Position numbers and translations under genes: made by a program | From: Macrostomum lignano | Lineage: Eukaryota | Direction of reading: 5' to 3' | Assembly (NCBI GenBank): GCA_002269645.1 | Contig: NIVC01004178.1 | Coordinates: 1-28,993 of the forward strand | DNA length: 28,993 bases | Notes under the pieces: generated by a model | What the model was told of the DNA's origin: nothing | Seen by the model: the letters and a program-made list of their open reading frames with translations, nothing else | Databases searched by the model: none | In this document: one piece after another, positions 1 to 12,800 of the stretch | Numbering within the stretch: position 1 is the first letter of the stretch | Layout: every line of letters starts with the position of its first letter

Positions 1-3000
1 AGAGACACTGACTGGAGTACAAAGATCACTGACTGGAGTACAAGATACACTGACTGGAGTAGAAGATACACTGACTGGAGTACAAGATACACTGACTGGA
101 GTACAAGATACACTGACTGGAGTACAAGAGACACTGACTGGAGTAGAAGATACACTGACTGGAGTACAAGATACACTGACTGGAGTAGAAGAGACACTGA
201 CTGGAGTAAAAAGACACTGACTGGAGTACAAGATACACTGACTGGAGTACAAGATACACTGACTGGAGTACAAGAGACACTGACTGGAGTACAAGAGTCA
301 CTGACTGGAGTAGAAGAGACACTGACTGGAGTACAAGATACACTGACTGGAGTAGAGAGACACTGACTGGAGTAGAAGACACTGACTGGAGTACAAGAGT
401 CACTGACTGGAGTAGAAGAGACACTGACTGGAGTACAAGATACACTGACTGGAGTAGAAGAGACACTGAGTAGAAGAGACACTGACTGGAGTAGAAGAGA
501 CACTGACTGGAGTAGAAGAGACACTGACTGGAGTAGAAGAGTCACTGACTGGAGTACAAGATACACTGACTGGAGTAGAAGAGACACTGACTGGAGTACA
601 AGAGACACTGACTGGAGTAGAAGAGACACTGACTGGAGTAGAAGAGACACTGACTGGAGTAGAAGAGACACTGACTGGAGTAGAAGAGACACTGACTGGA
701 GTAGAAGAGACACTGACTGGAGTAGAAGATACACTGACTGGAGTAGAAGAGACACTGACTGGAGTACAAGAGACACTGACTGGAGTAGAAGAGACACTGA
801 CTGGAGTAAAGAGACACTGACTGGAGTAGAAGAGACACTGACTGGAGTACAAGAGACACTGACTGGAGTAGAAGAGACACTGACTGGAGTAGAAGAGACA
901 CTGACTGGAGTAGAAGAGACACTGACTGGAGTAGAAGACACTGACTGGAGTAGAAGAGACACTGACTGGAGTAGAAGAGACACTGACTGGAGTAGAAGAG
1001 ACACTGACTGGAGTAGAAGAGACACTGACTGGAGTAGAAGAGACACTGACTGGAGTAGAAGAGACACTGACTGGAGTAGAAGAGACACTGACTGGAGTAG
1101 AAGAGACACTGACTGGAGTAGAAGATACACTGACTGGAGTAGAAGATACACTGACTGGAGTACAAGAGACACTGACTGGAGTAGAAGAGACACTGACTGG
1201 AGTAGAAGAGACACTGACTGGAGTAGAAGAGACACTGACTGGAGTAGAAGAGACACTGACTGGAGTAGAAGATACACTGACTGGAGTAGAAGAGACACTG
1301 ACTGGAGTAGAAGAGACACTGACTGGAGTAGAAGAGACACTGACTGGAGTAGAAGAGACACTGACTGGAGTAGAAGAGACACTGACTGGAGTAGAAGAGA
1401 CACTGACTGGAGTAGAAGAGACACTGACTGGAGTAGAAGAGACACTGACTGGAGTAGAAGAGCACTGACTGGAGTACAAGATACACTGACTGGAGTAGAA
1501 GAGACACTGACTGGAGTAGAAGAGACACTGACTGGAGTAGAAGAGACACTGACTGGAGTAGAAGAGACACTGACTGGAGTAGAAGAGACACTGACTGGAG
1601 TACAAGATACACTGACTGGAGTAGAAGAGACACTGACTGGAGTAGAAGAGACACTGACTGGAGTAGAAGAGACACTGACTGGAGTAGAAGAGACACTGAC
1701 TGGAGTACAAGACACTGACTGGAGTACAAGATACACTGACTGGAGTACAAGAGACACTGACTGGAGTACAAGAGACACTGACTGGAGTACAAGATACACT
1801 GACTGGAGTACAAGATACACTGACTGGAGTACAAGAGACACTGACTGGAGTAGAAGAGACACTGACTGGAGTACAAGAGACACTGACTGGAGTAGAAGAG
1901 ACACTGACTGGAGTACAAGAGACACTGACTGGAGTACAAGAGACACTGACTGGAGTACAAGAGACACTGACTGGAGTAGAAGAGACACTGACTGGAGTAC
2001 AAGATACACTGACTGGAGTAGAAGATACACTGACTGGAGTAGAAGAGACACTGACTGGAGTAGAAGAGACACTGACTGGAGTAGAAGAGACACTGACTGG
2101 AGTACAAGAGACACTGACTGGAGTAGAAGAGACACTGACTGGAGTAGAAGAGACACTGACTGGAGTAGAAGAGACACTGACTGGAGTAGAAGAGACACTG
2201 ACTGGAGTAGAAGAGACACTGACTGGAGTAGAAAGACACTGACTGGAGTAGAAGAGACACTGACTGGAGTAGAAGAGACACTGACTGGAGTAGAAGAGAC
2301 ACTGACTGGAGTAGAAGAGACACTGACTGGAGTAGAAGAGACACTGACTGGAGTAGAAGAGACACTGACTGGAGTAGAAGAGACACTGACTGGAGTAGAA
2401 GAGACACTGACTGGAGTAGAAGAGACACTGACTGGAGTAGAAGAGACACTGACTGGAGTAGAAGAGACACTGACTGGAGTAGAAGAGACACTGACTGGAG
2501 TAGAAGAGACACTGACTGGAGTAGAAGAGACACTGACTGGAGTAGAAGAGACACTGACTGGAGTAGAAGAGACACTGACTGGAGTAGAAGAGACACTGAC
2601 TGGAGTAGAAGAGACACTGACTGGAGTAGAAGAGACACTGACTGGAGTACAAGAGACACTGACTGGAGTAGAAGAGACACTGACTGGAGTAGAAGAGACA
2701 CTGACTGGAGTAGAAGAGACACTGACTGGAGTAGAAGAGACACTGACTGGAGTAGAAGAGACACTGACTGGAGTAGAAGAGACACTGACTGGAGTAGAAG
2801 AGACACTGACTGGAGTAGAAGAGACACTGACTGGAGTAGAAGAGACACTGACTGGAGTAGAAGAGACACTGACTGGAGTAGAAGAGACACTGACTGGAGT
2901 AGAAGAGACACTGACTGGAGTAGAAGAGACACTGACTGGAGTAGAAGAGACACTGACTGGAGTAGAAGAGACACTGACTGGAGTAGAAGAGACACTGACT

Positions 3001-6000
3001 GGAGTAGAAGAGACACTGACTGGAGTAGAAGAGACACTGACTGGAGTAGAAGAGACACTGACTGGAGTAGAAGAGACACTGACTGGAGTAGAAGAGACAC
3101 TGACTGGAGTAGAAGAGACACTGACTGGAGTAGAAGAGACACTGACTGGAGTAGAAGAGACACTGACTGGAGTAGAAGAGACACTGACTGGAGTAGAAGA
3201 GACACTGACTGGAGTAGAAGAGACACTGACTGGAGTACAAGAGACACTGACTGGAGTAGAAGAGACACTGACTGGAGTAGAAGAGACACTGACTGGAGTA
3301 GAAGAGACACTGACTGGAGTAGAAGAGACACTGACTGGAGTAGAAGAGACACTGACTGGAGTAGAAGAGACACTGACTGGAGTAGAAGAGACACTGACTG
3401 GAGTAGAAGAGACACTGACTGGAGTAGAAGAGACACTGACTGGAGTAGAAGAGACACTGACTGGAGTAGAAGAGACACTGACTGGAGTAGAAGAGACACT
3501 GACTGGAGTAGAAGAGACACTGACTGGAGTAGAAGAGACACTGACTGGAGTAGAAGAGACACTGACTGGAGTAGAAGAGACACTGACTGGAGTAGAAGAG
3601 ACACTGACTGGAGTAGAAGAGACACTGACTGGAGTAGAAGAGACACTGACTGGAGTAGAAGAGACACTGACTGGAGTAGAAGAGACACTGACTGGAGTAG
3701 AAGAGACACTGACTGGAGTAGAAGAGACACTGACTGGAGTAGAAGAGACACTGACTGGAGTAGAAGAGACACTGACTGGAGTAGAAGAGACACTGACTGG
3801 AGTAGAAGAGACACTGACTGGAGTAGAAGAGACACTGACTGGAGTAGAAGAGACACTGACTGGAGTAGAAGAGACACTGACTGGAGTAGAAGAGACACTG
3901 ACTGGAGTAGAAGAGACACTGACTGGAGTAGAAGAGACACTGACTGGAGTAGAAGAGACACTGACTGGAGTAGAAGAGACACTGACTGGAGTAGAAGAGA
4001 CACTGACTGGAGTAGAAGAGACACTGACTGGAGTAGAAGAGACACTGACTGGAGTACAAGAGACACTGACTGGAGTAGAAGAGACACTGACTGGAGTACA
4101 AGAGACACTGACTGGAGTAGAAGAGACACTGACTGGAGTAGAAGAGACACTGACTGGAGTAGAAGAGACACTGACTGGAGTACAAGATACACTGACTGGA
4201 GTACAAGATACACTGACTGGAGTAGAAGAGACACTGACTGGAGTAGAAGAGACACTGACTGGAGTACAAGATACACTGACTGGAGTACAAGATACACTGA
4301 CTGGAGTACAAGATACACTGACTGGAGTACAAGATACACTGACTGGAGTACAAGATACACTGACTGGAGTACAAGATACACTGACTGGAGTACAAGATAC
4401 ACTGACTGGAGTACAAGATACACTGACTGGAGTACAAGAGACACTGACTGGAGTACAAGAGACACTGACTGGAGTACAAGAGTCACTGACTGGAGTAGAA
4501 GAGACACTGACTGGAGTACAAGATACACTGACTGGAGTAGAAGAGACACTGACTGGAGTACAAGATACACTGACTGGAGTACAAGAGACACTGACTGGAG
4601 TACAAGAGACACTGACTGGAGTACAAGAGACACTGACTGGAGTACAAGAGACACTGACTGGAGTACAAGAGTCACTGACTGGAGTAGAAGAGACACTGAC
4701 TGGAGTACAAGATACACTGACTGGAGTAGAAGATACACTGACTGGAGTAGAAGAGACACTGACTGGAGTACAAGAGTCACTGACTGGAGTAGAAGAGACA
4801 CTGACTGGAGTACAAGATACACTGACTGGAGTAGAAGAGACACTGACTGGAGTAGAAGAGACACTGACTGGAGTAGAAGAGACACTGACTGGAGTAGAAG
4901 AGACACTGACTGGAGTAGAAGAGACACTGACTGGAGTAGAAGAGACACTGACTGGAGTAGAAGAGACACTGACTGGAGTACAAGAGACACTGACTGGAGT
5001 AGAAGAGACACTGACTGGAGTAGAAGAGACACTGACTGGAGTAGAAGAGACACTGACTGGAGTAGAAGAGTACACTGACTGGAGTAGAAGAGACACTGAC
5101 TGGAGTAGAAGATACACTGACTGGAGTAGAAGAGACACTGACTGGAGTAGAAGAGACACTGACTGGAGTAGAAGAGACACTGACTGGAGTACAAGAGACA
5201 CTGACTGGAGTACAAGAGACACTGACTGGAGTAGAAGAGACACTGACTGGAGTACAAGAGACACTGACTGGAGTAGAAGAGACACTGACTGGAGTAGAAG
5301 AGACACTGACTGGAGTAGAAGAGACACTGACTGGAGTAGAAGAGACACTGACTGGAGTAGAAGAGACACTGACTGGAGTAGAAGAGACACTGACTGGAGT
5401 AGAAGAGACACTGACTGGAGTAGAAGAGACACTGACTGGAGTAGAAGAGACACTGACTGGAGTAGAAGATACACTGACTGGAGTAGAAGAGACACTGACT
5501 GGAGTAGAAGAGACACTGACTGGAGTAGAAGAGACACTGACTGGAGTAGAAGAGACACTGACTGGAGTAGAAGAGACACTGACTGGAGTAGAAGAGACAC
5601 TGACTGGAGTAGAAGAGACACTGACTGGAGTAGAAGAGACACTGACTGGAGTAGAAGAGACACTGACTGGAGTAGAAGAGACACTGACTGGAGTACAAGA
5701 GACACTGACTGGAGTAGAAGAGACACTGACTGGAGTAGAAGAGACACTGACTGGAGTAGAGAGACACTGACTGGAGTAGAAGAGACACTGACTGGAGTAG
5801 AAGAGACACTGACTGGAGTAGAAGATACACTGACTGGAGTAGAAGAGACACTGACTGGAGTAGAAGAGACACTGACTGGAGTAGAAGAGACACTGACTGG
5901 AGTACAAGAGACACTGACTGGAGTACAAGAGACACTGACTGGAGTAGAAGATACACTGACTGGAGTACAAGATACACTGACTGGAGTAGAAGAGACACTG

Positions 6001-8867
6001 ACTGGAGTAGAAGAGACACTGACTGGAGTAGAAGAGACACTGACTGGAGTAGAAGAGACACTGACTGGAGTAGAAGAGACACTGACTGGAGTAGAAGAGA
6101 CACTGACTGGAGTAGAAGAGACACTGACTGGAGTAGAAGAGACACTGACTGGAGTAGAAGATACACTGACTGGAGTAGAAGATACACTGACTGGAGTAGA
6201 AGAGACACTGACTGGAGTAGAAGAGACACTGACTGGAGTAGAAGAGACACTGACTGGAGTAGAAGAGACACTGACTGGAGTACAAGATACACTGACTGGA
6301 GTAGAAGAGACACTGACTGGAGTAGAAGAGACACTGACTGGAGTAGAAGAGACACTGACTGGAGTAGAAGAGACACTGACTGGAGTACAAGATACACTGA
6401 CTGGAGTACAAGATACACTGACTGGAGTACAAGAGACACTGACTGGAGTACAAGAGTCACTGACTGGAGTAGAAGAGACACTGACTGGAGTACAAGATAC
6501 ACTGACTGGAGTAGAAGATACACTGACTGGAGTAGAAGAGACACTGACTGGAGTACAAGAGACACTGACTGGAGTAGAAGAGACACTGACTGGAGTACAA
6601 GATACACTGACTGGAGTAGAAGAGACACTGACTGGAGTACAAGAGACACTGACTGGAGTAGAAGAGACACTGACTGGAGTAGAAGAGACACTGACTGGAG
6701 TAGAAGAGACACTGACTGGAGTAGAAGAGTCACTGACTGGAGTAGAAGAGACACTGACTGGAGTAGAAGAGACACTGACTGGAGTACAAGAGACACTGAC
6801 TGGAGTAGAAGACACTGACTGGAGTAGAAGATACACTGACTGGAGTAGAAGAGACACTGACTGGAGTAGAAGAGACACTGACTGGAGTAGAAGAGACACT
6901 GACTGGAGTAGAAGAGACACTGACTGGAGTACAAGAGACACTGACTGGAGTAGAAGAGACACTGACTGGAGTACAAGAGACACTGACTGGAGTAGAAGAG
7001 ACACTGACTGGAGTAGAAGAGACACTGACTGGAGTAGAAGAGACACTGACTGGAGTAGAAGAGACACTGACTGGAGTACAAGAGACACTGACTGGAGTAC
7101 AAGAGACACTGACTGGAGTAGAAGAGACACTGACTGGAGTACAAGAGACACTGACTGGAGTAGAAGAGACACTGACTGGAGTAGAAGAGACACTGACTGG
7201 AGTAGAAGAGACACTGACTGGAGTAGAAGAGACACTGACTGGAGTAGAAGAGACACTGACTGGAGTAGAAGAGACACTGACTGGAGTAGAAGAGACACTG
7301 ACTGGAGTAGAAGAGTCACTGACTGGAGTAGAAGAGACACTGACTGGAGTAGAAGAGACACTGACTGGAGTAGAAGAGACACTGACTGGAGTAGAAGAGA
7401 CACTGACTGGAGTACAAGAGACACTGACTGGAGTAGAAGAGACACTGACTGGAGTAGAAGAGACACTGACTGGAGTAGAAGAGACACTGACTGGAGTAGA
7501 GAGACACTGACTGGAGTAGAAGAGACACTGACTGGAGTAGAAGAGACACTGACTGGAGTAGAAGAGACACTGACTGGAGTAGAAGAGACACTGACTGGAG
7601 TAGTAGAGACACTGACTGGAGTAGAAGAGTCACTGACTGGAGTAGAAGAGACACTGACTGGAGTAGAAGATACACTGACTGGAGTAGAAGATACACTGAC
7701 TGGAGTAGAAGATACACTGACTGGAGTAGAAGAGACACTGACTGGAGTAGAAGAGACACTGACTGGAGTACAAGAGACACTGACTGGAGTAGAAGATACA
7801 CTGACTGGAGTACAAGATACACTGACTGGAGTAGAAGAGACACTGACTGGAGTAGAAGAGACACTGACTGGAGTAGAAGAGACACTGACTGGAGTAGAAG
7901 AGACACTGACTGGAGTAGAAGAGACACTGACTGGAGTAGAAGAGACACTGACTGGAGTAGAAGAGACACTGACTGGAGTAGAAGAGACACTGACTGGAGT
8001 ACAAGATACACTGACTGGAGTAGAAGAGACACTGACTGGAGTAGAAGAGACACTGACTGGAGTAGAAGAGACACTGACTGGAGTAGAAGAGACACTGACT
8101 GGAGTAGAAGAGACACTGACTGGAGTACAAGATACACTGACTGGAGTAGAAGAGACACTGACTGGAGTAGAAGAGACACTGACTGGAGTAGAAGAGACAC
8201 TGACTGGAGTAGAAGAGACACTGACTGGAGTAGAAGAGACACTGACTGGAGTAGAAGAGACACTGACTGGAGTAGAAGAGACACTGACTGGAGTAGAAGA
8301 GACACTGACTGGAGTAGAAGAGACACTGACTGGAGTAGAAGAGACACTGACTGGAGTAGAAGAGACACTGACTGGAGTACAAGAGACACTGACTGGAGTA
8401 GAAGAGACACTGACTGGAGTAGAAGAGACACTGACTGGAGTAGAAGAGACACTGACTGGAGTACAAGAGACACTGACTGGAGTAGAAGAGACACTGACTG
8501 GAGTAGAAGAGACACTGACTGGAGTAGAGAGACACTGACTGGAGTAGAAGAGACACTGACTGGAGTAGAAGAGACACTGACTGGAGTAGAAGAGACACTG
8601 ACTGGAGTAGAAGAGACACTGACTGGAGTACAAGAGACACTGACTGGAGTACAAGAGACACTGACTGGAGTAGAAGAGACACTGACTGGAGTAGAAGAGA
8701 CACTGACTGGAGTAGAAGAGACACTGACTGGAGTAGAAGAGACACTGACTGGAGTACAAGAGACACTGACTGGAGTAGAAGAGTCACTGACTGGAGTAGA
8801 AGAGACACTGACTGGAGTAGTAGAGACACTGACTGGAGTACAAGAGACACTGACTGGAGTACAAGAT
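1..8867. repeat. 21-bp minisatellite/satellite array (GAGACACTGACTGGAGTAGAA)n, about 420 copies, truncated by the window start
   Basis: Unit read directly. Variants are GTAGAA/GTACAA and GAGAC/GATAC/GAGTC, with occasional 20- or 22-bp units. The 7-aa periodic ORFs confirm the 21-bp period. Confidence 0.99.
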
Positions 8868-9552
8868 AAAGGGCCAAATTCAAACAAGCAAAGGGCTGAT
8901 CAGCATATTTACCAGCTTCCATTTTTCAAGATAGAAAGCCGTGTCCATTAATTGCATGCATAAAGTATGCAGACTGCATTTCAATTTCTATCTGGGCACA
9001 GCATAATGGGAGCGAGTAGTGCAGAAGGTGATTTGACAAACAAATTTGAAAAGGGTGCAGCTTATTCCAATGCTACTAAAATATTTTATATAGCTAATTA
9101 AAATTTGATTAATATCTAAAAAAAGCGTAATCTTACTCTACAACTGAAGCCACACGAACCCAGAGATTACATAGGCAAACAAAGCACCTTTCAAGTGAAA
9201 AATTACAAAAATTAGTCGCACAAGGAAGCTGATTTTGCAAATATAACTATAAAAAACTTACAGCATACTACTTAACTAATGAGTAGGATTGACGTGTGAG
9301 TTTGAATTATATATAGGAACTAATAAATAGAATATTTGTTTAGCTTCATGCAAATTTTGCTGGTAATTGGTTAGTACCAAGGACCCGTTTTAACGCACTT
9401 CAAAATAATGCGGATCTATTTTGAATGGCCCCGATGTCGCCTTGGGCCCTTGGCTTCGATTTTCGCTTTAGTGGGAATATAATTATTGATTACACCTGCC
9501 CTTATGAGCAGATGTGACTGGGGGGTCGCCAGACACACCCTCAATGCTGGCA

Positions 9553-9641
9553 CCCATTTTACAGTTGAGTGAACTGAAGCAATGCAGAGTTAAGCGTCTT
9601 GCTCAAGGACACAAATTGTTCCGAGTTGAGTCGAGACTCGA
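9553..9641 (-). mobile_element. CORE-SINE (MIR-like core) fragment with a partial B-box-like remnant
   Basis: 9553-9613 CCCATTTTACAGTTGAGTGAACTGAAGCAATGCAGAGTTAAGCGTCTTGCTCAAGGACACA resembles the antisense MIR core as I recall it (CCCATTTTACAGATGAGGAAACTGAGGC...GTTAAGTGACTTGCCCAAGGTCACAC). TCGAGTCT lies on the minus strand just upstream. Compared from memory, not by database search. Confidence 0.65.
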
Positions 9642-9712
9642 GTAGCAATAAACATGAAAATTTCCTACTTAGCTGATGAATTGAGCTGTTTTTTGGCTCC
9701 CAGTTGGCGGCC

Positions 9713-10309
9713 TCACTCCCCAGCCTCCCGCTGATCCTCTTCATCGCCTCGGCCGGTTTCCCCGTCCCCGGCCGCCAGCCCGGAGGTCTCCACAATGCGG
9801 CCCTCCACGCTCGGCCGCGGCGCCGCAAAAGCCGGCTCCTCATCAGTCGAATTGGATTCTGCCGCGGCGCAGGGCGCGAACTCCCGGCGCACAGTGGCCC
9901 AATTCTCGCGCGGATTTTTTCTCAGCCGGGACCGCTTGGTCGGCGGTGGCCCGGCAGTTTCCGGCTCCGTCTCCGGCCGGCTGTCCACCACGCAGGACAG
10001 TCGACGGTTCATTGGCCGCAGGCGGCAGCGGTGCCGGTTCTTCAGCTGCAGCCAGCCGCGCAGCACCCCGCTGGCGGTGAAGTAGTTCTGCACCGCCACG
10101 CTCCACACCGGCCCGTCCTCGTCGTCGACCAGCAGCTGGCAGCCGGGCAGCATGTCGTAGCCGTCCTTGCCGCAGTACAGGTAATATTTGGTTGCCATGC
10201 GGTACTGCGTGTCGGCAACCATCGGCTTGTCTCCGATTTGGACGCTGGATGGGTCGACCCGGCTGCCGGGGGGCCGCGTGCCGTCGAAGCGGAAGCGCAG
10301 GCCGGATAC
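9713..10309 (-). CDS. 5'-nucleotidase family protein (CG11883-like), exon 4 (last coding exon)
   Basis: Acceptor CCCCTCCGCGCAG|GTATCC, phase 0. Reads VSGLRFRFDG...ATKYYLYCGKDGYDML, typical of the 5'-nucleotidase C-terminal domain, followed by a basic then acidic tail. TGA stop at 9715-9713. Confidence 0.88.
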   Translation of the reverse strand, partial: VSGLRFRFDGTRPPGSRVDPSSVQIGDKPMVADTQYRMATKYYLYCGKDGYDMLPGCQLLVDDEDGPVWSVAVQNYFTASGVLRGWLQLKNRHRCRLRPMNRRLSCVVDSRPETEPETAGPPPTKRSRLRKNPRENWATVRREFAPCAAAESNSTDEEPAFAAPRPSVEGRIVETSGLAAGDGETGRGDEEDQREAGE

Positions 10310-10319
10310 CTGCGCGGAG

Positions 10320-10808
10320 GGGAGTGAGGGGCGGATTCATATGAGTGAGGGGCGGATTCATGGAGAGTGAGGGGCGGATTCATGGGGAGTGAGGGGCGGA
10401 TTCATGGGGAGTGAGGGGCGGATTCATGGGGAGTGAGGGGCGGATTCATGGGGAGTGAGGGGCGGATTCATGGGGAGTGAGGGGTGGATTCATGGGGAGT
10501 GAGGGGCGGATTCATGGGGAGTGAGGGGCGGATTCATGGGGAGTGAGGGGTGGATTCATGGGGAGTGAGGGGCTGAGGGGCGGATTCATGGGGAGTGAGG
10601 GGCGGATTCATGGGAATTGAGGGGCGGATTCATGGGAGTTAGGGGGCGGATTAATGAGAGTTAGGGGGCGGATTCATGGGAGTGAGGAGAAAGTTTCTTC
10701 GGGAATTAGGGGGCGGATTCATGGGGAGTTAGGGGCGGATTCAATGTGATTAAGGGGCGGATTCAATGTGATTAAGGGGCGGATTCAATGTGAGTAAGGG
10801 GCGGATTC
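10320..10808. repeat. 22-bp G-rich minisatellite (GAGGGGCGGATTCATGGGGAGT)n filling intron 3, about 22 copies
   Basis: Direct reading. It occupies almost all of intron 10310-10816. Confidence 0.97.
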
Positions 10809-10816
10809 CACCCAAC

Positions 10817-11161
10817 CTGAGGGAATCGGCCCTCCAGCGCGGGCCACATGGAGACGCCGTTCTCCAGGGTGGCCAGCAGGGTTCGGCCGTCGATGCTGAT
10901 CACCACCAGGGGGTCCAACATGGGGAACAGGCGGCTGAGATCCCCCAGCCGGAAGTCACCAGCCGGCACAACACAGTCGGCCCTGAACGAGCCGGAGTTG
11001 ACCAGCACGAAGTCCGCCTGCAGCGCGGTGAGCACGATGTCGCACATGAAGTTTCCCATGTTGGTCTCCTTGGTGCGGATGTGCTCGAACCGGCACTCCA
11101 GGGGGCAGTCCACCTGGCCCAGCACGCGCTGCATGCTCTTCTCCAGGTTCTCCACGTGACT
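10817..11161 (-). CDS. 5'-nucleotidase family protein, exon 3
   Basis: Acceptor CCACAG|AGTCAC and donor CAG|GTTGGG; 345 nt, phase 0/0. Encodes RTKETNMGNFMCD, NSGSFR, LENGVS and EGRFPQ, hallmark motifs of the 5'-nucleotidase C-terminal domain. Confidence 0.92.
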
Positions 11162-11271
11162 CTGTGGCGGTGGGAGCGGTGGGTGACATTGGATGCTAGC
11201 TGGAGATGGAATGAAAGATTAGAAACTGAGAAAAAAGAGGTTGATTATTTCGACATCTTACTTCAATAATG

Positions 11272-11975
11272 GATCTCCAGACAAGATGGAGTGAGAATAG
11301 ATTTCATATAGACCAGTTAAAGTGAGAACAGATCTTCTCCAGACAAATGGATGGATTGAGAAAAGATCTCCGGACCAGATGGAGCGAGAATAGATTTCCT
11401 ATAGATCAGCTAAAGTTAGAATAGATCTCTAGACAAGATGCAGCGAGAATAGATTTCCCATAGACCAGCTAAAGTTAGAATAGATCTCCAGACAATATGA
11501 AGTGAGAATAGATCTCCAGACCAGATAGAGTGAGAATAGATTTAATTTAGACCAGATGGAGTGAGAATAGACCTCCGGATCAGATGGAGTGAGAATAGAT
11601 CTCCAGACAATATGAAGTGAGAATAGATCTCCAGACAATATGAAGTGAGAATAGATCTCCAGACAATATGAAGTGAGAATAGATCTCCAGACAATATGAA
11701 GTGAGAATAGATCTCCAGAAAAGATGGAGTGAGAATAGATCTCCAGACAAGATGGAGTGAGAATAGATCTCCAGACAAGATGAAGTGAGAATAGATCTCC
11801 AGACAAGATGAAGTGAGAATAGATCTCCAGACAAGATGAAGTAAGAATAGATCTCCAGACAAGATGAAGTGAGAATAGATCTCCAGACAAGATGGAGTGA
11901 GAATAGACCTCCGGACCAGATGAAGTGAGAATAGACCTCCGGACCAGATGGAGTGAGAATAGATCTCCAGGCTAG
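11272..11975. repeat. 28-bp minisatellite (GTGAGAATAGATCTCCAGACAAGATG[G/A]A)n in intron 2, about 25 copies
   Basis: Direct reading. Shadow ORFs show a 28-aa (3x28 nt) periodicity. Confidence 0.96.
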
Positions 11976-11994
11976 ATTGAGTGAACATCCTAAC

Positions 11995-12188
11995 CTCAAC
12001 AGCCTTGGCCACCTCCGGATCTTCGCTGTATTTCGAGCTGTCAACGTCCACAGTCTGTATCTTGACTTCGAGTGGCGAAGACTTATCGATAGAGAGGCTG
12101 ACCACGCTGAACTGGCGGAAGTCCGTGCCGCTCTTCACGATCGCTCTGTTGTTTACAAACTCGATGCCGTAATTGTGATCGTGACCGC
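11995..12188 (-). CDS. 5'-nucleotidase family protein, exon 2
   Basis: Acceptor CGCAAG|GCGGTCACGATCAC completes the GGHDH metal-binding motif across the phase-1 junction. Continues NYGIEFVNNRAIVKSGTDFRQFS...AVE; donor GAG|GTTAGG; 194 nt. Confidence 0.92.
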
Positions 12189-12249
12189 CTTGCGAGTGTC
12201 AGAGAGGTTTTATTTATTATCTTGTAAGTTGAGAGCCCACATGATAGTC

Positions 12250-12800
12250 TCAGGTAATCCGAGAGAACCCATCCAATTATCTCAGGTGAAATCTCCACCC
12301 GATAATCCCAGATGAGATCCCCACCCGATAATCTCAGGTGAGATCCCCACCCGATAATCTCAGATGAGATCCCACACCCGAAAAACTCAGGGGAGAACCT
12401 ATCAGATAATCTCAGGGGAAAACCTATCAGATAATCTCAGGGGAGATCCTACCAGATAATCTTAGGGAAGAGCCCCACCCGATTATCTCAGATGAGATCC
12501 CACACCCGAAAAACTCAGGGGAGAACCTATCAGATAATCTCTGGGGAGATCCTACCAGATAATCTCAAGCGAGAACCTATCAGATAATCTCAGGGGAGAA
12601 CCTATAAGATAATCTCAGGGGAAATCCTACCAGATAATCTCTGGGGAGATCCTACCAGATAATCTCAGCGGAGATCCTACCAGATAATCTCAGCGGAGAT
12701 CCTACCAGATAATCTGTGGGAAGAACCAATCGGATAAACCCAGGGAACCCTACCTACAGAGCCCTATCCTACAAAATCTCAAGCAGTCCCCGGAGCCCTA
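12250..12800. repeat. 25-26-bp degenerate minisatellite (AATCTCAGCGGAGATCCTACCAGAT-like) in intron 1
   Basis: Direct reading. GATAATCTCAG...GAGATCC recurs throughout. Confidence 0.93.

Noticed and set aside
26-8887. Giant ORFs up to 2200 aa (YSSQCLF, LQSVSLL, TPVSVSS repeats)
   Set aside because: They are translations of a stop-free 21-bp unit. They switch frame freely, and most starts are GTG created by the GAGTC variant.
11429-12138. ORFs of 153-198 aa in intron 2
   Set aside because: They are periodic translations of the 28-bp repeat. Only the 11995-12188 part is real exon.
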